From: an uncultured bacterium
GTDB taxonomy: Bacteria > Patescibacteriota > Minisyncoccia > Minisyncoccales > CAVTZN01
NCBI GenBank assembly: GCA_963703245.1
Contig: OY969803.1
Location: forward strand, 245,842 to 309,841
Direction: 5' to 3'
DNA length: 64,000 nucleotides
The translations under genes were made by a program, and so were the position numbers. The notes under the pieces are model-generated. The model worked only from the letters and a program-made list of their open reading frames with translations. It had not been told where the DNA came from and made no database searches. Position 1 is the stretch's first letter, and the number at the start of each line of letters is the position of its first letter. Shown piece by piece: positions 58,315-64,000 of the stretch.

Positions 58315-58394
58315 AATTTGTCAAAAAGCCTAAAATGATTTAAACTAAAAATTAGTTAAAAGGTCACAGGATAAATAAATTTTAATATAAAAAT

Positions 58395-58949
58395 ATGAAT
58401 TTATTTCAAATTATTTTATTAGTCGTCGGCGTTATTGTTCTTTGGATAATTTTTACTTTTAACCGCTTAATTTCGCTAAAAAATCGGGTAAAAGAGGCGT
58501 GGTCGGACATTGAAGTCCAGTTAAAAAGAAGATATGATTTAATTCCAAACTTGGTCGAAACCGTTAAAGGTTATGCTAGCCACGAAAGAGAGCTTTTTGA
58601 AAAAGTGACCGAAGCTAGAGTAAGAGCAATGGGGGCAAAGGGTATGAAAGAAAAAGGAGAAGCTGAAAATGCTTTATCTGGAACTTTAAAAACCCTTTTC
58701 GCAGTTTCTGAAAATTATCCCCAATTAAGAGCTTCGGAAAATTTTTTAGAATTACAGAGAGAACTTACCGATACTGAAGATAAAATTCAGGCGGCTAGAA
58801 GATTTTATAACAGCAATGCTCGGGATATAAATATAAAAATTGAAAGTTTTCCGACAAATATTATTGCTAATCTTTTTAAATTCCAGAAAGTGGAATTCTT
58901 TGAACTCGAAGAAGCAGCGGCAAAAGAACCAATCAAAGTAAAGTTCTAA
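58395..58949 (+). CDS. lemA: LemA family protein
   Basis: N-terminal TM helix and typical LemA strings: NRLISLKNRVKEAWSDIEVQLKRRYDLIPNLVETVKGYA and YPQLRASENF. Confidence 0.85.
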   Translation: MNLFQIILLVVGVIVLWIIFTFNRLISLKNRVKEAWSDIEVQLKRRYDLIPNLVETVKGYASHERELFEKVTEARVRAMGAKGMKEKGEAENALSGTLKTLFAVSENYPQLRASENFLELQRELTDTEDKIQAARRFYNSNARDINIKIESFPTNIIANLFKFQKVEFFELEEAAAKEPIKVKF

Positions 58950-58962
58950 ATTAAAATTTTAA

Positions 58963-59859
58963 ATGACTATTTATACTCACGCCGAATCTAATACTCGGAA
59001 AACTTGGCTTTATTTAACTTTCTTTTTTCTGTTGATAATCGGTATTGGTTGGCTGTTTTCTTATTATTATCAAAACCAAGGGATTTTATATTTTGCCGTA
59101 ATTTTCAGCGTTATAACCAGTTTTTCCAGTTATTGGTATTCGGATAAGGTTGCTTTGGCGATGACGCGGGCAAAACCTATTGAGAAAAAAGACAACCCTG
59201 AACTTTATCGAATAGTTGAAAATCTTTGTATTACGGCTGGTCTTCCACTTCCTAAAATTTATATTATTGAGGAACAACAGCCGAATGCATTTGCTACGGG
59301 AAGAAATGCGAAACACGCTGTTGTGGCGGTTACTAGAGGCCTTTTAGAAAAATTAGAAAAAACTGAACTTGAAGGAGTAATAGCTCACGAATTGTCTCAT
59401 ATAGGAAATAAAGATATGCTGTTAAGCACTGTTATTATAATTTTTGCCGGTATTATTTCGGTGCTTTCTAATTGGTTTTTGAGAGTGGGTTTTTCAGGAG
59501 GGGGAAGAAAGAATGATTCAAAAGGTTCTGGAGGGTCAATTATGGCAATTTTAGCAATAGTAGCTATTGTATTGGCGCCGATTGCAGCTACTTTAATAAG
59601 ATTGGCAATTTCCCGAAAAAGAGAATTTTTAGCCGATGCTTCTGGTGCGCTTCTAACAAGATATCCCGAAGGACTGGCAAGCGCTTTGGAAAAAATTTCA
59701 GCAGATAATAATTCTCTAAAAGTTAATAATGCCACTGCTCATCTTTTTATTGTCAATCCTTTCAAAGGGAAAGAAGCGGTGAATTGGTTGGCTAAACTTT
59801 TTTTAACACACCCACCAATACAGGAAAGGATAAAAGCATTGAGAGAGATGAATTTGTAA
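58963..59859 (+). CDS. htpX: Zinc metalloprotease HtpX (M48)
   Basis: HELSHIGNKD (HExxH), four TM helices and a FLTHPPIQERI C-terminus. Confidence 0.9.
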   Translation: MTIYTHAESNTRKTWLYLTFFFLLIIGIGWLFSYYYQNQGILYFAVIFSVITSFSSYWYSDKVALAMTRAKPIEKKDNPELYRIVENLCITAGLPLPKIYIIEEQQPNAFATGRNAKHAVVAVTRGLLEKLEKTELEGVIAHELSHIGNKDMLLSTVIIIFAGIISVLSNWFLRVGFSGGGRKNDSKGSGGSIMAILAIVAIVLAPIAATLIRLAISRKREFLADASGALLTRYPEGLASALEKISADNNSLKVNNATAHLFIVNPFKGKEAVNWLAKLFLTHPPIQERIKALREMNL

Positions 59860-59866
59860 AAATTAT

Positions 59867-59952
59867 GGAAGGGTCGCATAGTTGGTCTAGTGCACACGCT
59901 TGGAAAGCGTGCAACCCGAAAGGGTTCGCGAGTTCGAATCTCGCCCCTTCCG
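59867..59952 (+). tRNA. tRNA-Ser (anticodon GGA), type II, no encoded CCA
   Basis: Acceptor GGAAGGG/CCCTTCC, anticodon stem CACGC/GCGTG, loop TTGGAAA, variable arm CAACCCGAAAGGGTTC, T arm GCGAG-TTCGAAT-CTCGC, discriminator G. Confidence 0.9.
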
Positions 59953-59954
59953 CT

Positions 59955-60491
59955 ATGTCTAAAAATATCGAAGTAGAAGTCAGAAGTTTTATTAATAAAA
60001 AACAATATCAGGATCTTTTAAAATTTTTTAGAAAGAATGGAAAATTCTTAAGAAAAGAAAATCAGACGACATATTACTTTAGTGGAAAACAAGATTTAAG
60101 AATCCAAAAAACCGATAAATTAGCCAAGCTTTGGCTAAAAGGAGGAAAAATTCACGAAAATTATAGAGAGGATATTTTTATCGAATGTAGAAAAGAAGAT
60201 TTCGAAAAATTAGAGAAATTATTATCAAAACTTGGGTTTAAAATAAAAATAAAATGGTTTAGAAAAAGAAACGATTTTTTATGGAAAGGAATTAAAATTT
60301 CGGTTGATTTTACAAAAGGATACGGCTATATAATCGAACTTGAAAAATTTGCTTCAGAAAAAGATAAGAAAAAAATTTATCAAATACTTATTAAAAAATT
60401 AAAATATTTAGATATAAAACTTACCTCCAAAGCCGAATTTAATAAAAGATTCAATTATTACAAAAATAATTGGAGAAAGCTTATTAAATAA
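59955..60491 (+). CDS. CYTH-domain protein (CyaB / triphosphate tunnel metalloenzyme-like)
   Basis: It starts MSKNIEVEVRSFI (the ExExK-type N-terminal motif) and is about 178 aa with beta-rich periodicity. The track ORF 59865 start lies inside the tRNA, so the start was reset to ATG 59955. Confidence 0.6.
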   Translation: MSKNIEVEVRSFINKKQYQDLLKFFRKNGKFLRKENQTTYYFSGKQDLRIQKTDKLAKLWLKGGKIHENYREDIFIECRKEDFEKLEKLLSKLGFKIKIKWFRKRNDFLWKGIKISVDFTKGYGYIIELEKFASEKDKKKIYQILIKKLKYLDIKLTSKAEFNKRFNYYKNNWRKLIK

Positions 60492-60992
60492 ATGGAAATT
60501 CAAAACGTAGAATTACATCGAATAACCTCAACGGCAATTATTCACAAAGATGGAAAATATTTAATCGTCCAGCGGAGTTTAAATAAAAAAGTTTTTCCTG
60601 GGAGATGGACAGTACCCGGCGGAGGATTAGAGGTTACAGATTATATTAATATTCCTAAACAAACTCCCGACGCGTGGTATTTTCCTATTACCGAATCTTT
60701 AAAGAGAGAAATTAAAGAAGAAACGGGATTAGAAATCGGGAAATTAAACTATCTTTTAGATTTATCTTTTATCCGTCCTGATAATATCCCAGTCATTACA
60801 TTAAGTTATTATTGTGATTGGAAATCCGGAGATGTAAAGTTAAATGAGGAAAATATAAATTACGCTTGGATTACTATTGAGGAAGCAGGAAATTATGATT
60901 TAATTGGAGGAATTCTGGAAGAAATTGAAATGGTAGATAAAATTAAAAAAGGCGAAAATCCGGAAAAGGTCGAGTTTAATTACTCAAAATAA
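60492..60992 (+). CDS. NUDIX hydrolase
   Basis: The Nudix box is split by an insert: PGGGLE...ESLKREIKEETGLE. The ATG immediately follows the CYTH stop codon. Confidence 0.75.
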   Translation: MEIQNVELHRITSTAIIHKDGKYLIVQRSLNKKVFPGRWTVPGGGLEVTDYINIPKQTPDAWYFPITESLKREIKEETGLEIGKLNYLLDLSFIRPDNIPVITLSYYCDWKSGDVKLNEENINYAWITIEEAGNYDLIGGILEEIEMVDKIKKGENPEKVEFNYSK

Positions 60993-61004
60993 TTTTTAAA
61001 CATT

Positions 61005-61217
61005 ATGGAAACACTTCTTTTAACTTCACCAATTATACTTTTAATTATTGCTTGGACCTTACCTTGGAAAGGAATGGCTTTATGGAAAGCAGCGAGAAAC
61101 GGTGCAAAATGGTGGTTTATTGCGTTATTGGTCGTAAACACTTTGGCAATTTTGGAAATTGTTTATATCTTTATTTTTTCAAAAAAGAAAAACAACCAAA
61201 TAATAAGTCAACAATAA
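61005..61217 (+). CDS. Small two-TM protein, DUF5652-like
   Basis: WTLPWKGMALWKAARNGAKWWFIALLVVNTLAILEIVY matches my recollection of the CPR-typical DUF5652 family. Confidence 0.5.
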   Translation: METLLLTSPIILLIIAWTLPWKGMALWKAARNGAKWWFIALLVVNTLAILEIVYIFIFSKKKNNQIISQQ

Positions 61218-61232
61218 TAAATCTTTATTTTT

Positions 61233-63027
61233 ATGGTTTCTCCGGTTGATGAAATCAAAGAGCGGCTTGATATAGTAGAGGTTATTCAGAGTTATATTAA
61301 ATTACAAAAGGCTGGCGCTAACTACCGCGCCAATTGTCCTTTTCATTCAGAAAAAAAACCTTCTTTTTTCGTTTCGCCCGCCCGTCAAATTTGGCATTGT
61401 TTTGGCTGCGGTAAAGGCGGGGATATTTTCGGTTTTATCAGGGAAATTGAAAATGTGGAATTTGGAGATGCTTTGCGCATATTGGCTAATAGGGCTGGCG
61501 TAGAATTAAAAAAACAATTCCCGGAGGAAGAAGCAGCTTTAAAAACAGAAAGAGAACGACTTTATGAAATTTGCGAATTATCTTCAAAATTTTTTGAAAG
61601 ACAACTGGAAGCAAGTAAAATAGGCGAGGAAGCGAAAAAATATCTTTTAGGCAGGGAGATTAGCGAAGAATCAATAAAAAAATGGAGAATAGGTTATTCT
61701 CCTGATACTTGGCAGGGATTATCTGATTTTTTAGTCGGTAGAGGATACAAAAGAGAAGAAGTAGAAAAAGCGGGCTTGGCAATAAAAAATAATGATGGAG
61801 GTTTTTATGATAGATTCCGTGCCAGAATTATGTTTCCGATTTTTGATTTGAATTCCCAGATTGTTGGTTTCGGCGGCAGAATCTTTGGCCAAAAAGAATC
61901 AACAGAAATAGCTAAATATGTCAACACTCCCAGCACTATTTTATATGACAAAAGCCGAATTTTATACGGTTTAGACAGGGCAAAAATGGAAATCAGGCAA
62001 AAAGATTTTTGTATTTTAGTCGAAGGATATACCGATGTTATAATGTCTTTTCAGGCGGACGTTTCTAATGTGGTGGCTACTTCTGGAACCGCTTTGACAA
62101 ATTATCAATTAAAGATTTTAAAAAGATATTCAGAAAATATTTATACTTCCTTTGATATGGACTTAGCAGGTGATTCAGCAACAAAGAGGGGCATTGATTT
62201 AGCTCAGCTTCAGGGATTTAATATTAAAGTGGTTGTCATACCCGAAGATAAAGACCCGGCTGACCTTATTTCAAAATCGCCGAAAGACTGGGAGAAGATT
62301 ATTAAAGAGGCAAAATCAATTTTAGATTTTTATTTTGAAACTACATTTTCCAAATTTCGATAAGAAAAACCCCGAAGGGAAAAAAGAAATTTCCAAGATT
62401 TTATTGCCAGTTATTAAAAGAATTCCAAATAAAATTGAGCAGTCTTATTGGATTCAAAAATTAGCAAAAGAATTAGAAGTTAAGGAAGAAGACGTGCTTG
62501 AAGAATTAAAAAAAATAAAACTGGAAAATCCTTTTCCCATTATTGAACAAGAGGTAATTATTGAAACAAGACTAAAAACAAGAAAAGAGCTTTTAGAAGA
62601 AAGGTTGCTCTATTTACTTTTAATTGAACCTAAAATTAATAAATTAATTAATGAAAATCATTTATCTTGTTTATCTCCTCAATTCTCAAGTATCCTTACT
62701 AAATTTAAAAAATATTTTGAAGACGAAGTAAAATTACAGAATTTTCAAAAGGAATTACTAAATTTTCAAAAAAATCTTTCCGAGGAAGAAAACAAAATTT
62801 TAAATCTCCTTTCCTTAAAAGCCGAAGTTGAAGAAGAAGGAGAAATTGAGATTGAAAAAGAGATAACTTCCTGCTTAAAAGAGATACAACTGATGGAAAT
62901 TAGAAAAGAATTAGACTTGATTTCTCAGGGGATAAAGAAAGCCGAGCAGGAAAAAGATTTTAATAAAGAAAAATCTTTAATTGACAAATTTAATCATTTA
63001 GCTAAAGAATTAACCAATAATCAATAA
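61233..63027 (+). pseudogene. dnaG: DNA primase DnaG interrupted by a single frameshift
   Basis: 61233..62363 encodes the CHC2 zinc finger (CPFHSEKKPSF...HCFGCGKGGD) plus TOPRIM (EGYTDV, DxD). 62335..63027 continues the primase C-terminal region (…FDKKNPEGKKEISKILLPVI…WIQKLAKEL…) in the +1 frame. The frames join if the T5 run at 62327..62331 were T4. Confidence 0.85.
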
Positions 63028-63029
63028 CC

Positions 63030-64000
63030 ATGAAAAAGAAAAAAAAGTCCCATGGTAGAAAAAAAATACTACGGGGCAAGAAAAAAAACAAAAAAACTGT
63101 TCGACGTACGAAATTTTTAAAAAAGAGATTAAAAAAGAAAGTAAAAATCGGGAGAAAAAGAAAAAAACAGATAGTTCGTCATGTAGGAAAGGTTTTTCCG
63201 CCGGAGAAAATTGAAGAATTAATTAAAAAAGGAAGAGAAAGAGGTTTTGTCACTTTCGCCGAAATTTTATATTTCTTTCCCGAAATTGAAAGAGATATAA
63301 AGGGGCTTGAAAAGTTATTTGAAACATTAGAAGGCCAAGGAGTTGAGGTTAAAGAAACCAGAGAATTTCTTGAAGAAATGCCAAAAGAAAAAGTTGCTAA
63401 AATTCGTCTTTCAGACAGGATTGATTCGATTCAGATGTATTTAAAAGAAATTGGGAAAATAGCTCCACTAACCGCTCAAGGAGAAAAGGATTTAGCAAAA
63501 AAAATTGAAAAAAACGACAATGAGGCCAGAAAAAAATTAGCCCAAGCGAACCTAAGATTAGTTGTTTCCATAGCCAAAAAATATGTTGGAAGGTCTCCAA
63601 ATTTGACTTTACTCGATCTGATTCAAGAAGGCAATTTAGGGCTCTTTCGGGCAGTGGAAAAATTTGACTGGAGAAGAGGTTATAAATTTTCGACTTATGC
63701 TACTTGGTGGATAAGACAAGCGATTACAAGGGCTTTGGCTGACCAATCAAGAACTATTAGGATTCCAGTTCATATGGTGGAGACCATTTCTAAATATACC
63801 CAGGCGAGACGTCGGCTTTTACAAGATTTAGGAAGGGAACCATTGCCCGAGGAAATCGCCACAGAAATGGGAGTGGAAGTTGATAAAGTTCATCAGATAA
63901 TGAAAATTTCCCAAGAAACAGTTTCTTTGGAGACGCCGGTGGGCGATGAGGAAGAAGACAGTATTTTGGCAGAATTTATTGAAGATGAAAAAGAAATACC
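63030..64000 (+). CDS. rpoD: RNA polymerase sigma-70 factor RpoD (3' end outside the window; not in the ORF track)
   Basis: Hand translation from ATG 63030 is open to the window end. A K/R-rich N-terminus is followed by [77 protein letters not shown] and RTIRIPVHM. Confidence 0.9.
   Translation, partial: MKKKKKSHGRKKILRGKKKNKKTVRRTKFLKKRLKKKVKIGRKRKKQIVRHVGKVFPPEKIEELIKKGRERGFVTFAEILYFFPEIERDIKGLEKLFETLEGQGVEVKETREFLEEMPKEKVAKIRLSDRIDSIQMYLKEIGKIAPLTAQGEKDLAKKIEKNDNEARKKLAQANLRLVVSIAKKYVGRSPNLTLLDLIQEGNLGLFRAVEKFDWRRGYKFSTYATWWIRQAITRALADQSRTIRIPVHMVETISKYTQARRRLLQDLGREPLPEEIATEMGVEVDKVHQIMKISQETVSLETPVGDEEEDSILAEFIEDEKEI

Overview
This is a visibly AT-rich, very gene-dense bacterial chromosome segment. 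Its content looks like a Candidate Phyla Radiation / Patescibacteria (Parcubacteria-like) genome, judged by motif reading only, since no searches were run. The evidence is a secretin-less type IV pilus locus, two small TrbC/VirB2-like 'pilin' paralogs, a DUF5652-like peptide, shortened ValRS and UvrC, and a peptidoglycan-binding insert in an orphan substrate-binding protein.

The backbone is housekeeping: gyrA (partial), valS, recG, ligA, a SEDS protein, rpoB, rpoC, ftsK, recA, rpsF-ssb-rpsR, ychF, trpS, RNase J, secG, uvrC, uvrA, groES/EL, lemA-htpX, dnaG and rpoD (partial, not in the ORF track). A roughly 12.6 kb pilus cluster runs pilM-N-O-x-B-T-C-A-D plus four minor pilins. Seven tRNAs are present.

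Most notable observations:
- Three CCA-less tRNAs end 1-2 nt before the ATG of the next gene, which suggests leaderless mRNAs made by tRNA processing.
- tRNA-Leu(UAG) is nested between the two halves of a degenerate second type-II tRNA.
- Two minor pilins carry large adhesin-like or Cys-rich modules.
- Many conserved genes are broken by 1-nt indels, mostly in A/T homopolymers, with two hyper-degraded patches (RNase J and the DUF2341 pilin).
- A GC-rich segment is shared in-frame by ligA and rpoB.

No CRISPR array, rRNA, transposase or integrase was seen.
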